Origin: Phycisphaerae bacterium
GTDB taxonomy: Bacteria > Planctomycetota > Phycisphaerae > SM23-33
Length of the DNA stretch: 64,000 nt
Assembly (NCBI GenBank): GCA_011050235.1
Contig: DRGC01000022.1
Span: forward strand, 128,827 to 192,826
Direction of reading: 5' to 3'
A model generated the notes under the pieces. The model saw only the letters and a program-made list of their open reading frames with translations, searched no databases and had not been told where the DNA came from. This document shows positions 29,026 to 38,579 of the stretch, piece after piece (within the stretch, counting starts at the first letter, position 1; each line of letters starts with the position of its first letter). Made by a program: the position numbers and the translations under genes.

Positions 29026-29583
29026 TCAGGTCCTTTGGGTCCCCAGCAGGCCGAGGGTGTGGAGTTGGCTGCGCAGCGCCTGGATGCCGACGTGGATCAG
29101 GTAGCCGACGTTGGAGACGCTCAGCCCCGTGATGCCGGCGATTTGCTTGTAGGAAAACCCGTTCTGGAACTTCAGCCTCAGCACGTCCTGTTGGTTTTCC
29201 GGCAGGACGGCCAGGGCGGCGGTGACCTGCCCGGCGGTCTCGGAATCGATCAGCGCCTGCGGCGGCGACGGATCGCCGGCGGGGCGACCTCCGTCGTCAT
29301 GGTCTGTCAGGGGTATCATGCGTCGCTCCTTCTTCCGCACGTCCAGCGCGCGGTTGCGGCAGACGGTGTACAGCCACTGCGCCACATGGTTTCCGGAGCG
29401 ATCGGGCGGCTTTTGCCACAGCTTCAGGAACGTGTCCTGCACGACGTCGCGGGCGCGATCGACATCCCCCACGATCCCGGCTGCGTATCGCAGCAGCGGA
29501 CGTTCGTACTGGTCCAGGACCGATCGCACCCACATCGCTTGTTGCTGGTCGGCCCAGGTTGCCGCGTTCTTGTCGATCCTCAT
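29026..29583 (-). CDS. ECF RNA polymerase sigma factor
   Basis: 'ARDVVQDTFLKLW', 'WLYTVCRNRALD', 'FSYKQIA'; start approximate. Confidence 0.93.
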   Translation of the reverse strand: MRIDKNAATWADQQQAMWVRSVLDQYERPLLRYAAGIVGDVDRARDVVQDTFLKLWQKPPDRSGNHVAQWLYTVCRNRALDVRKKERRMIPLTDHDDGGRPAGDPSPPQALIDSETAGQVTAALAVLPENQQDVLRLKFQNGFSYKQIAGITGLSVSNVGYLIHVGIQALRSQLHTLGLLGTQRT

Positions 29584-29878
29584 GCGCCCGTTTCCACAAC
29601 CTAGCCCCGCCCGGGGCTCCATTAATGATAACGGCCGACGGAGCGATTTCTTAGGCGCTGAGTGCACAAATCGTCTGACCGGTCACAGGAAAAATTGCCG
29701 CCCGGGGCTTCCCGACAGCGCCAGCAGCGCGTATAATCCAGTTCCAGTTCAGGCGCTGGCGAACATACGTGTCCGCCGGGCCTGGCAGGGCGTTTCGCGC
29801 AGGGACCTTGGCGCACGCGGGGCCGATGCGATGAAGGGCCAGCCGGGCTGCGGGAGGCCGTTATTAAGGAATGGGGCA

Positions 29879-31543
29879 ATGATCAAGTATCTATCCACAA
29901 TACTGCTCAGTGCGGTGCTCGTGTCGGCGCTGGCGATGCCGGCGGTCGCAGCCCCCCCGAAACCGGCGACGGTGACGTTGACCGACGAGCAGAGAATGCT
30001 CTTTGAAGAGACTCTCACCAGGGACGAGGCCAAGCAACTGGCGGATGAGTATCTCGAATCCCTGACGGCGACCTACGTGGAGACCTACAAGTTTCCCCCA
30101 GCGCTGGTCGAACTGCTCGAGGCCGACAAGCGCGTGCGAAACATTTTCATCAGCGCGCTCGATCCGGCCAGAGACAACATCACGCAGGCGGCGCAGATCT
30201 TCGAGGACCTGCGGTCGATCGATCCGGAGCGAGTGATAAAGTACGCCCACCTGGCCACAGCCATCGCCGTGGTCTACGACCAGCCGGCCATGGCGACCCG
30301 GGAGGTGGGGATCATCATCTGGGGCGTGGCAGCCGGTCAGTTCCCCCCTCCGGTCGCCTACCGGGATATCTACGACTACTACAGCAACCCGCCCAAGAGC
30401 CGGCGGTTCGCGTACCCGCCCAACAAGCTACCTTGGCCGATGCAGGTTTACATCATCGACAATGGGGTCGCCGCCAAGGAGCGAGCGTGGGCCCACAAGA
30501 AATTTAACCGCGGCGTGCAGGTCGGGGACCTATACCGGAGGGTGACCTACGACAGGGACAAGCTGGCGAAGAAGAAGAGCCGCCTGGGTACGCGCGCCTA
30601 CACGCTCAAGAACCTGCTGCGGTACGGCGGGGTGTGCGGCGACCAGGCGTATTTTGCCTCGCGCGTGGCCAAGTGCTTTAGCGTCCCGGCCATGTCGGTG
30701 CGCGGCGTGAACCGCTACGGCAATAGCCACGCCTGGCTGGGCTACCTGACCTCGTACAAAGGGCGAGCGATGCTGCACTTTTCCGGGCGATACCTCCGCG
30801 ACTACTACTACACCGGCGACGTGCAAAACCCCCAGACCGGCGGGACCATCCTCGACCGACACATTGCGATGATGTTCGACGGCCTGTCGGTATCGTACGA
30901 GAAATACGAACTCACGCGCATCCTGATCCGCCTGGCCGATCAACTCCAGGCCGACGAGCCGGACCTGTCGGTCGCCCTGGTCGAACGCGCGCTCGACGCG
31001 AACCCTTACATGCCCAAAGGTTGGCGCGTGCTGATGGCGCATTTCCGCACGAACGAGCTGACCAAGGCGCAGGCCCTCAAGTGGTTCAACATCATGCTGA
31101 AGGTCCTCAAAAAGCACCCCGACATGACGTTCGAGTGCCTCAAGACCTTCCTGGCCTCCTACCCGCAAAAGGACTTCGCCAGCCGGCGGAAGCTGTACAG
31201 CAAGGCGCTGAACCTCTACACGGGCCGGCCCGATCTGCAGTTCAAGCTCCTTCTGGACCTGGCCAACGAGATGGTCGCCGCCGACCAGAAACCGCAGGCC
31301 CTCAAGATGCTGATCGGCCCGATCGTTCGCTACGCGAAGGAAGGATCGGTGATCATCCCGGCGACGCAGTTGGCCGTGCGGCTGGCTACGGAACTGAAGG
31401 TCCAGAAGAAGGCCCATTCCATGCTGTCCAAGGCCCTGATCACCTTCCCCAAGCGCCGCAGCCGAAACTCCAAACCCTCCGAGACGTACAAGGAGTTCGA
31501 AGCCCTGCTGAAACAACTCGAACTCGCCGCAATGAAGAGATGA
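29879..31543 (+). CDS. Exported transglutaminase-like protein with helical/TPR-like C-terminus
   Basis: Signal peptide; 'GGVCGDQAYF' and 'HAWLGY' match the TGase Cys/His pattern; TATAAT at 29732. Confidence 0.65.
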   Translation: MIKYLSTILLSAVLVSALAMPAVAAPPKPATVTLTDEQRMLFEETLTRDEAKQLADEYLESLTATYVETYKFPPALVELLEADKRVRNIFISALDPARDNITQAAQIFEDLRSIDPERVIKYAHLATAIAVVYDQPAMATREVGIIIWGVAAGQFPPPVAYRDIYDYYSNPPKSRRFAYPPNKLPWPMQVYIIDNGVAAKERAWAHKKFNRGVQVGDLYRRVTYDRDKLAKKKSRLGTRAYTLKNLLRYGGVCGDQAYFASRVAKCFSVPAMSVRGVNRYGNSHAWLGYLTSYKGRAMLHFSGRYLRDYYYTGDVQNPQTGGTILDRHIAMMFDGLSVSYEKYELTRILIRLADQLQADEPDLSVALVERALDANPYMPKGWRVLMAHFRTNELTKAQALKWFNIMLKVLKKHPDMTFECLKTFLASYPQKDFASRRKLYSKALNLYTGRPDLQFKLLLDLANEMVAADQKPQALKMLIGPIVRYAKEGSVIIPATQLAVRLATELKVQKKAHSMLSKALITFPKRRSRNSKPSETYKEFEALLKQLELAAMKR

Positions 31544-31586
31544 TCGCCCCCTCCCCGGCGCCAGCCGCGGCTGAGAGGCATGCCGG

Positions 31587-33629
31587 TCAGTCCGTCTTGT
31601 CGCTGGCCGGCCGTCGGGCGAGGAATGTCCCGGCGCCGTCGGGCCTGGGGATCTGCGTGTCCAGCAGGTTTTCGGGAATATTGATCTTCACGCCTCCGGG
31701 GGCGATGACGGTCACCCGGCCCGGGTCTAAAGGCCGGGGGACCTGGATCATCTTGCCATTGGCGTCGGCGACTTTCATGCCGGCGAACTCGCCAGGAGCC
31801 GGTACGATCAATCCCTCCGGGGTGACGATGTAGATCCAATTGACCGCCCCGGCCGCGCCGCCTGTATCCCCGCCGACCTCATCAACCCCATCGATCTCGT
31901 CAACCGCCTCGACCTGATCGGTCGCGTCAATTTCCCGCCATTCGCCGGCGAACTGCTGAACGTAGGCCACGACGTTCTGGCCGGCTTCGAACGCCCACGC
32001 CTGCGTCCTGGTGCTCCCCATCTGCCAATGCATGGACAGGTCGTCATCCGTATGGATTGCCAACGGCCTCTCGCCGTCGGCGATGACATGGAACGTCACT
32101 TTGCCCGGCTTGAGCCGATAGCGGGACGTATAGATCGGATGGTCGGGGCTGCATTGGGTCAACTCGCGGTCGGGGAACAGTTTCTTGTAGAGCCCGCGGA
32201 CCGACTTTCCGAACGCCTCGCCGTCGGTCTGCGTGATGGAAAACAGCACACCGCCCTGTTGGACGTAGGCGCGAAGCTTGTCGATATTCGCTTTCGTCAG
32301 CGCCTGGGGGGTGTGGGGGTTGGCCGATGAAGCCGAAGCGGTTATGGGCATGGAGGCCTGGCCCGTCAGATACAAGATGTGGCTGTCGCGCCACTCGGCG
32401 ACGTCCGTGCCGACCGGCACCATCTGCCAGCGGCTGGGCTGCTCGGAGTCTTGCTGGATGAACCGGGTCAACGCCGCCAGATCGCGAGGCCGGTTATCCC
32501 AGTCGCCTGTGGTCTGAAGTTTATTCAGCAGCACCGGCTGGCGCCCGTGCGCCAGGAACGCCAGCGCTAGCCCCGTGTTCATCAGGGTGGTTTCGCTGCT
32601 GGGCATGTCGAAGCCCCGTCCAGCGATTGACGCGTGCCGATCGGCCCAGGCGCCGGTGGCCTGTTGGCTGCTCAGCAAGTCCTCGGCGCACACCTTGTGC
32701 CAGTCCACCCCGCCAAAGTATTTTCGCCCGCCCGCCCGGCCGGCACGCTCGATCCCATGGTAGTAATAGGTATACCAGGCCGCTGTCCCGTAACTCGGCT
32801 TCTGAATCGTCTGCTTGAAGTTATCGTCCAGCCAGTCCAGCCCGTCGACGATACACCTCGGCAACTCGCACTTGTTTTCCCGCACCTGTTTGGCCGATGA
32901 CGGAAGGAAATCCAGGCACATCAATAGCGTCGCGACGCCCACCGCCGTCATCGTTGCCTGCGTCTTCCGACTGTAGTAGTACTCCCCCCCGGGAAACCGA
33001 CGGCCTCTTTGGTCCGAATAGCCCCAGCCGCCGTCCCCGTTCTGTTCGAGGCGCCAGTGATCGACCACCTTGCGCCAGTAAGCTTTGGATATCTTCAGGC
33101 CGTTGTCGGCGCCGGCCCAGACGCCAAGCGTGCCGTAATGACTGTTGGAGTTATCCCACCCGCCATTGGCCGTCCTCGTAGGGTTGTAACTATAGCGCCC
33201 CTGTCCGCCCATCTTCAACAGGGCGGCGACATCTTGCTTGATGTGCTTGTTATATCGGCCGCTCGCGCCGCGATTCGCCGAATGCCACACGTGCGCCCGG
33301 ACCGCACGCACGTAAACGGTCTGCACCTTTGTCTTGGCCAGGTGTTTCAGCGCCTTGGCCATGGCCTCTTCCTTGGGGTCGGCGCCACATTCCAGAAGCG
33401 CATACGTCACCAGGGCGTTGAGGCCGCCTTTTTGGTCGCTGTACCCGCCGCCGCCCCTGCCAAACTCCGCCCATCCGCCCTTGGAACGCTGTCTGCCCCA
33501 CAGGTAAGCCACCCCCTTCTCGATCGCGGTGTCCACGCGCTGGGACAAGTCCGTCTGCGCAGCGGCCGGGCCGCCAATGCACAACACTACGACGACAATA
33601 GATACACCGATCGTCAGGCGACTCATCAT
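31587..33629 (-). CDS. Exported prenyltransferase/squalene-cyclase-fold + DUF4159 protein (paralog 1)
   Basis: Signal peptide; QW-like motifs 'QRSKGGW', 'QNGDGGWGY'; 'DWDNRPRD', 'DHPIY'. Confidence 0.75.
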   Translation of the reverse strand: MMSRLTIGVSIVVVVLCIGGPAAAQTDLSQRVDTAIEKGVAYLWGRQRSKGGWAEFGRGGGGYSDQKGGLNALVTYALLECGADPKEEAMAKALKHLAKTKVQTVYVRAVRAHVWHSANRGASGRYNKHIKQDVAALLKMGGQGRYSYNPTRTANGGWDNSNSHYGTLGVWAGADNGLKISKAYWRKVVDHWRLEQNGDGGWGYSDQRGRRFPGGEYYYSRKTQATMTAVGVATLLMCLDFLPSSAKQVRENKCELPRCIVDGLDWLDDNFKQTIQKPSYGTAAWYTYYYHGIERAGRAGGRKYFGGVDWHKVCAEDLLSSQQATGAWADRHASIAGRGFDMPSSETTLMNTGLALAFLAHGRQPVLLNKLQTTGDWDNRPRDLAALTRFIQQDSEQPSRWQMVPVGTDVAEWRDSHILYLTGQASMPITASASSANPHTPQALTKANIDKLRAYVQQGGVLFSITQTDGEAFGKSVRGLYKKLFPDRELTQCSPDHPIYTSRYRLKPGKVTFHVIADGERPLAIHTDDDLSMHWQMGSTRTQAWAFEAGQNVVAYVQQFAGEWREIDATDQVEAVDEIDGVDEVGGDTGGAAGAVNWIYIVTPEGLIVPAPGEFAGMKVADANGKMIQVPRPLDPGRVTVIAPGGVKINIPENLLDTQIPRPDGAGTFLARRPASDKTD

Positions 33630-33789
33630 CGATGCCCCTTTCCAATCCGGCCCGAAAGCCCTTCTTCGCCAAGTGTCCCAGTACAGGAAACGGTGGGCCA
33701 AGAAATGCGCCGTATCGCTGCGCGATGGCGCGTCTCGCTGGCCGGTAACCATTATGCCCCAGCCATCACAGCAATGCAACACGGCCGCC

Positions 33790-35217
33790 TCAGTGATCGG
33801 AATCGGCCGGTTCGTCTTCGGCGCCAAAGGTCGCCAGCAGGTCTTCGATGGCCCGCTGCAGCGCCTCCGGCTGGTCGGCCCGCTCGGCGGCGGCGCGTAA
33901 TTGCCGCGCCGCGGCGGCGGCGGGCGGGCCCAGCCTGGACAGAATCGCCACGATCGCCTTCCTGATTTCGGCCGATGTCTCGTGATGGTTCAACAGATCA
34001 CCCAACACACCGGCCAGCTCCTTCGCCCGCAGCCCCCCCTGGCCGACCGCCGTGACCAGTTTGGTGCGGACGTCGCCCTCCTCGGTCAGCAGCACCTTGC
34101 ACAACATCGGGGCCAGGGTGGGATCCTCCTGGGCCATGTGCGTCAGAACGTCAACGGTGTACATATGGCGCCCCTTCCTGGGCCCGGTGATGATCTCGAC
34201 CAACAAAGGCGCCGCTCGCTTGGCCTGGGGCCCCAGCTCGCCGATGCGGACCAGGCCCATCGCCGAGATCATCCGGTCCTCGTCGCGGGCGGCCTTGATG
34301 ATGCAGTCGATCACATCCGGTAGCGGCGGGGCGGTCCGGAGGCCCCGCATGACGCGGACCCGCGTCTTGCGGTCGAGGCTGTCCAGGCCCATGCTCCACA
34401 CAGCCGTCACCCCCGGGATGGCGGGATCGGCGACCAAGAGTTTGTCCATGACGTCGGCCTGCAACTTGGGGTCGTCCACCGACATCACCGCTGCAATGGC
34501 ATCCACCACGCCCTCTGTTGTCAGGTCGGCGGCCATCAACGCCTCCAGCGCCGCCTGGCGAAGCTCGCGGGACCCGCTCGCCACTGCCCGGCGAAGCGCA
34601 GGGATCACGCCGGGAGCGGCGATGTCCATCGCCACCAGCGCCCGAATCGCATGCAATCGCACCGGACGAAACTCGTCGTTCAGGCAATCGGCCAACACGC
34701 CGACGATCTGCTCTGTCGGCGGTTGGATTTTCACAAGCGCCTCGGTCGCCAACACGCGGACCTTGGTGTCGTCGGAGCCTACAGCCCCAATCAGCGCGGT
34801 GGTGGCGCCCTCGACGGCCGGGCCAAAGGCGACGATGGCCTCCGCCGCCGCCACGCGCATGGCGCGGTGGGGATCGTCCAGCGCCTCGATCAGCCCCGCC
34901 AGCCGGTTGGTGTCGGCCGGTTTGATCTTCGCCAGCACGACCGTCGCCGCACACCGCGCCCGCCGGTTGGCGCTGCGGGTCATCCGCTCGAGTTGGCCCC
35001 TCGCCCGGCCGCTGGGTCGACCGTCTCGACTCAGCGCGACGACGGCCTGCCATCGCTCCGCCTCGTCCTGGCCTGCCAGTTTCTCCAGGACCGACGACTC
35101 GGCCTTGGCGGCGGACCTGGCCTTGGACCTGGCCTTGGCTTCGGCGCCGGTCTCGCGCCGACAGCCGCCCGCCAATTGGGTCATGGCCAACACAATGACA
35201 AGAAGGACGTGTCTCAC
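33790..35217 (-). CDS. HEAT/PBS-lyase repeat protein, probable lipoprotein
   Basis: Repeated 'L..D....VR..A..AL'; 'LAGGC' after a hydrophobic leader. Confidence 0.82.
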   Translation of the reverse strand: MRHVLLVIVLAMTQLAGGCRRETGAEAKARSKARSAAKAESSVLEKLAGQDEAERWQAVVALSRDGRPSGRARGQLERMTRSANRRARCAATVVLAKIKPADTNRLAGLIEALDDPHRAMRVAAAEAIVAFGPAVEGATTALIGAVGSDDTKVRVLATEALVKIQPPTEQIVGVLADCLNDEFRPVRLHAIRALVAMDIAAPGVIPALRRAVASGSRELRQAALEALMAADLTTEGVVDAIAAVMSVDDPKLQADVMDKLLVADPAIPGVTAVWSMGLDSLDRKTRVRVMRGLRTAPPLPDVIDCIIKAARDEDRMISAMGLVRIGELGPQAKRAAPLLVEIITGPRKGRHMYTVDVLTHMAQEDPTLAPMLCKVLLTEEGDVRTKLVTAVGQGGLRAKELAGVLGDLLNHHETSAEIRKAIVAILSRLGPPAAAAARQLRAAAERADQPEALQRAIEDLLATFGAEDEPADSDH

Positions 35218-35532
35218 GCGCAGCTCCTAACCTTTACAGCCGCTTCGCTTTAAGATGATACCGTCGACCGGCGCCTGCGTCGAGGGCGGCCCGGCCACAG
35301 GCCGAGGGGGCCGGGAGCGCGGCCCGGAGGCCCAGCATGCGGCAATAGCTTGCCCGCCCGGTCGTTATGCTTGTTGGACAGGCTTGTATCCCCCGGCCGA
35401 ACTGGGTATATAATACATTTGCACAACCTGGGCGATTCGCCCGGGCCCGCAGTGACATACGACGATTGTCGGGCATGCCGGACACCGCACGGCGATCCAA
35501 TAAGCATCAGCCCCGCCTCAGGAGAGACAATC

Positions 35533-38331
35533 ATGCGACGCATGGCTTCAGCTTCCCTCATCGTATTGACCCTCTGTCTTTCGCTGGCTGTCCCAGCCAA
35601 CGCCCAGATGGCCGCCGGGCCCGAGTTCGGCCGCAAGGTCGACGAGTCCATCAAACTGGCCCAGGAGTTTCTGCTGTCGCTGCAGAACCTCCAGAAGAAA
35701 CACAGCAAGTCCGGCAGTTGGGAGGACCCGCCGTTTCCGAATCACGCCGACAAGAACCCCGGCTTGACGGCCTTGATTACCTACGCCCTGCTGGAGAGTG
35801 GCATCAACCCGCAGGACCTCCGCATGAAAGCGGCGATCAAGTACCTGGGCAAGACCAGGACCACCAAGACCTATGCGGTCGGACTGCGAGCCAACGTCTG
35901 GTACTCAGCCAACCGAAAGACGAACGACCGATATCTGCGCGCCCTCAAGCACGACGCCGGCCTGCTGTCCAAGGGGCTCATCAACGGCACCTTCGGCTAC
36001 GATCCAGGCGCGGGCAATGACTGGGACCACTCCAATGCACAGTACGGTGTGCTGGGCATGTGGGCCGTCACGCTCAATGGTCTGGACATTCCCACAAAGT
36101 ACTGGCGAAGCGTGATGAACCACTGGAAGAGATACCAGTTGGCCGGCGGCGGGTGGGGATATGACAGCGTCGCCACCGGGGAATACTATGGCCGGCGAAT
36201 GCAGCCCACCATGTCGGTCGGCGGCCTGGCGACGCTCTACATCTGCGTCGACAACCTGCCCTCCCCTCCGTCGGTGATCAACTGCACCGGAGGCCAACTC
36301 GACCCGTCCATCCAAAGGGCCCTCGCCTGGCTGGATAAGAACTTCCGACAGACCATGCTCGCGCCCGATAAGGGCACGATGGTGTGGCACTATTACTACA
36401 TCTACGGTGTCGAACGCGCCGCGCTGGCCAGCGGGTACAAGTATTTCGGCAACGAGGACTGGTACCGATTCGGCGCGTCGATGCTGATAAAACGACAGAT
36501 AAAAAGCGACGTGGGCGTCGCCATTGGCAACAGACAAGTCAACCTCAAAGGCTCGTGGAACGGCTACGATCATACGACGCTCGACAAGCAGATCACCCGC
36601 AACTACGCAGGGGGCAAGATCCAGCTCGGCGCCATCGAGGCCGACACCGCCTTCGCCCTGCTGTTCCTGCTTCGCGGCAAGCAGCCCGTGCTGTTCAACA
36701 AGCTCCAGTTCAACGGCGACTGGGACAATCGCCCGCGAGACCTGGCGTCCCTAACGCGATGGATCAGCAAGAAGCTCGAATCCGACGTCAACTGGCAGAT
36801 CATTCGCATGGACACCCCTGTCTCCGAATGGCGCGATGCGCCGTTCATCTACATCTCCGGCAACAGGGCGCTGCCGCTAGGTCCGGGCGCCCCGCCCCCG
36901 ATCATCCCGGGCGCCGCCCCCGGCGCGGCGCCGCCCCCGCCGGCGGGTGTCTTCGACCAGGAGACCATGGAGAAACTGCGCACCTACGTCAACCAGGGCG
37001 GCACGATCCTCAGTGTCACCGAGCACAACGGCCCGCAGTTCACAACATCCATCCGCCAGTTCTACAAGACGTTGTTCCCCAAGTATGAGCTGATCGAGTG
37101 CCCGCCCGACCACCCGATCTACACCTGCAACTACAAGCTCAAGCCCGGCAAGCCCACGTTCTTTATCGTCAGCAACGGCATCCGTCCGCTGGCGATCCAC
37201 ACCGACTCGGACCTGGCTGTGCATTGGGAAACGCGCGCCTATGAGAGCCAGAAATGGGCTTTCGAGGCCGCCACCAACCTCGTCCTGTACGTCATCGACA
37301 GCATGGAGAACCTGCCCTACCGGGCCACGAATACCTGGCTGTCGGCCCCGGATATCCCCGGCCTGGGCGAAGGCGATGGCGGCCGCCGACCTGTCGCCGT
37401 CGGCGGGGGCGGTGGAGGCGGAGGCGCCGCGGCCGGCCCGGTCGATTGGATCTATATACTCACGGCTGATGGCAAGAGTTATCGGCCGGCCGATGGCAAG
37501 TTTGCCGGCATGCAGGCCGCCGACGGCACCCAGATTCCCCGGCCCACCGATCCGGGGCGCGTGACCGTCGTCACCCCCGAAGGCCTGAGGATCAGCATCC
37601 CCGAGAGCCTGCTGAACACACAGCTCATGAAGCCCGATAAAAGCGGGACCTTCCTCGCCCAGCGGAGCGGCGGGGCCGCCTCGCCCTCCGCGCCGCAGGC
37701 GCCCGCGGCGGCGCAGGCCTTCGCAGGCGGCAGCGCCACGATCGTGCGACTCAAGCACGGCGGCAACTACGACCCCGAACCGCTGGCCTATCAGCGATTC
37801 GTCCACCTGATGCGCGAAAGGGCCGCCACCAACGTCAACGTCCTCGGGCCCATCGCCATCACGCAACTACCCAATTACACCGGCAAGCTGGCGGTCCTGA
37901 CCGGCACGGAAACGCTGAACCTCTCCGCCCAGGAAATGGACGCGATCAAGAAGCACGTTGTCAGCGGCGGGACGATCTTCATCGACGCCGGCGGCGGCTC
38001 GGAGACCTTCGACGAGAGCGTCAAGAGTATGCTGAGGAAGATGTTCCCCGACGATGACCTCAAGACGCTGGCCGGCGCCTCGCCGGTGTACAACATCCCC
38101 AATGCGACGATCGGGCGGGTCCGTTTCCGCTCGGTGACGCGGCGATTCATCAAGAGCTCCCGCCCGCAACTGAAGGCGCTCCTGTTCAAGGACCGGCCGG
38201 GCGTCATCTACAGCCGCGAGGACGTCACCGGCGGGCTGGTCGGCTATCCCTCGCGCGCCGTCGACGGGTATGACCCCGTGTCGGCCTTTCGGATCATGCG
38301 CAACGTCGTGCTGTTCGCCGGCAGGAATTAG
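35533..38331 (+). CDS. Exported prenyltransferase-fold + two DUF4159 domains (paralog 2)
   Basis: AGGAGA RBS; signal peptide; 'WDHSNAQYG', 'QLAGGGWGY', 'DWDNRPRD'; second domain 'GGTIFIDAGGG'. Confidence 0.78.
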   Translation: MRRMASASLIVLTLCLSLAVPANAQMAAGPEFGRKVDESIKLAQEFLLSLQNLQKKHSKSGSWEDPPFPNHADKNPGLTALITYALLESGINPQDLRMKAAIKYLGKTRTTKTYAVGLRANVWYSANRKTNDRYLRALKHDAGLLSKGLINGTFGYDPGAGNDWDHSNAQYGVLGMWAVTLNGLDIPTKYWRSVMNHWKRYQLAGGGWGYDSVATGEYYGRRMQPTMSVGGLATLYICVDNLPSPPSVINCTGGQLDPSIQRALAWLDKNFRQTMLAPDKGTMVWHYYYIYGVERAALASGYKYFGNEDWYRFGASMLIKRQIKSDVGVAIGNRQVNLKGSWNGYDHTTLDKQITRNYAGGKIQLGAIEADTAFALLFLLRGKQPVLFNKLQFNGDWDNRPRDLASLTRWISKKLESDVNWQIIRMDTPVSEWRDAPFIYISGNRALPLGPGAPPPIIPGAAPGAAPPPPAGVFDQETMEKLRTYVNQGGTILSVTEHNGPQFTTSIRQFYKTLFPKYELIECPPDHPIYTCNYKLKPGKPTFFIVSNGIRPLAIHTDSDLAVHWETRAYESQKWAFEAATNLVLYVIDSMENLPYRATNTWLSAPDIPGLGEGDGGRRPVAVGGGGGGGGAAAGPVDWIYILTADGKSYRPADGKFAGMQAADGTQIPRPTDPGRVTVVTPEGLRISIPESLLNTQLMKPDKSGTFLAQRSGGAASPSAPQAPAAAQAFAGGSATIVRLKHGGNYDPEPLAYQRFVHLMRERAATNVNVLGPIAITQLPNYTGKLAVLTGTETLNLSAQEMDAIKKHVVSGGTIFIDAGGGSETFDESVKSMLRKMFPDDDLKTLAGASPVYNIPNATIGRVRFRSVTRRFIKSSRPQLKALLFKDRPGVIYSREDVTGGLVGYPSRAVDGYDPVSAFRIMRNVVLFAGRN

Positions 38332-38423
38332 TCGGCGACGCATCGCTGGATCCCGCGAGCACACACACGCTCGTGGGCCATTGGCCGTTGCCCGCCGGGC
38401 CGCGCTGTGCTCTACTGAGGCCC

Positions 38424-38579
38424 ATGGATGTCAACATCGTCATCGGGTGCATCCTGCTGGTCGTCGTCGTGGTGTTGCTGGTGGTCCTGACGTTCTGGTG
38501 CCGACGCCGCATCGAACGGATCGCCCACTCTCGCGGCCGATCCGCCCGCGAGATCGAAAAGGCCCTCCACAGTGAGTAG
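38424..38579 (+). CDS. Small single-TM membrane protein (51 aa)
   Basis: GAGG RBS, ~22 hydrophobic residues then RRR; overlaps the permease start. Confidence 0.55.
   Translation: MDVNIVIGCILLVVVVVLLVVLTFWCRRRIERIAHSRGRSAREIEKALHSE

Noticed and set aside
31587..38331. Squalene-hopene cyclase / terpene biosynthesis cluster
   Set aside because: The proteins have signal peptides, a single toroid and no DXDD motif.
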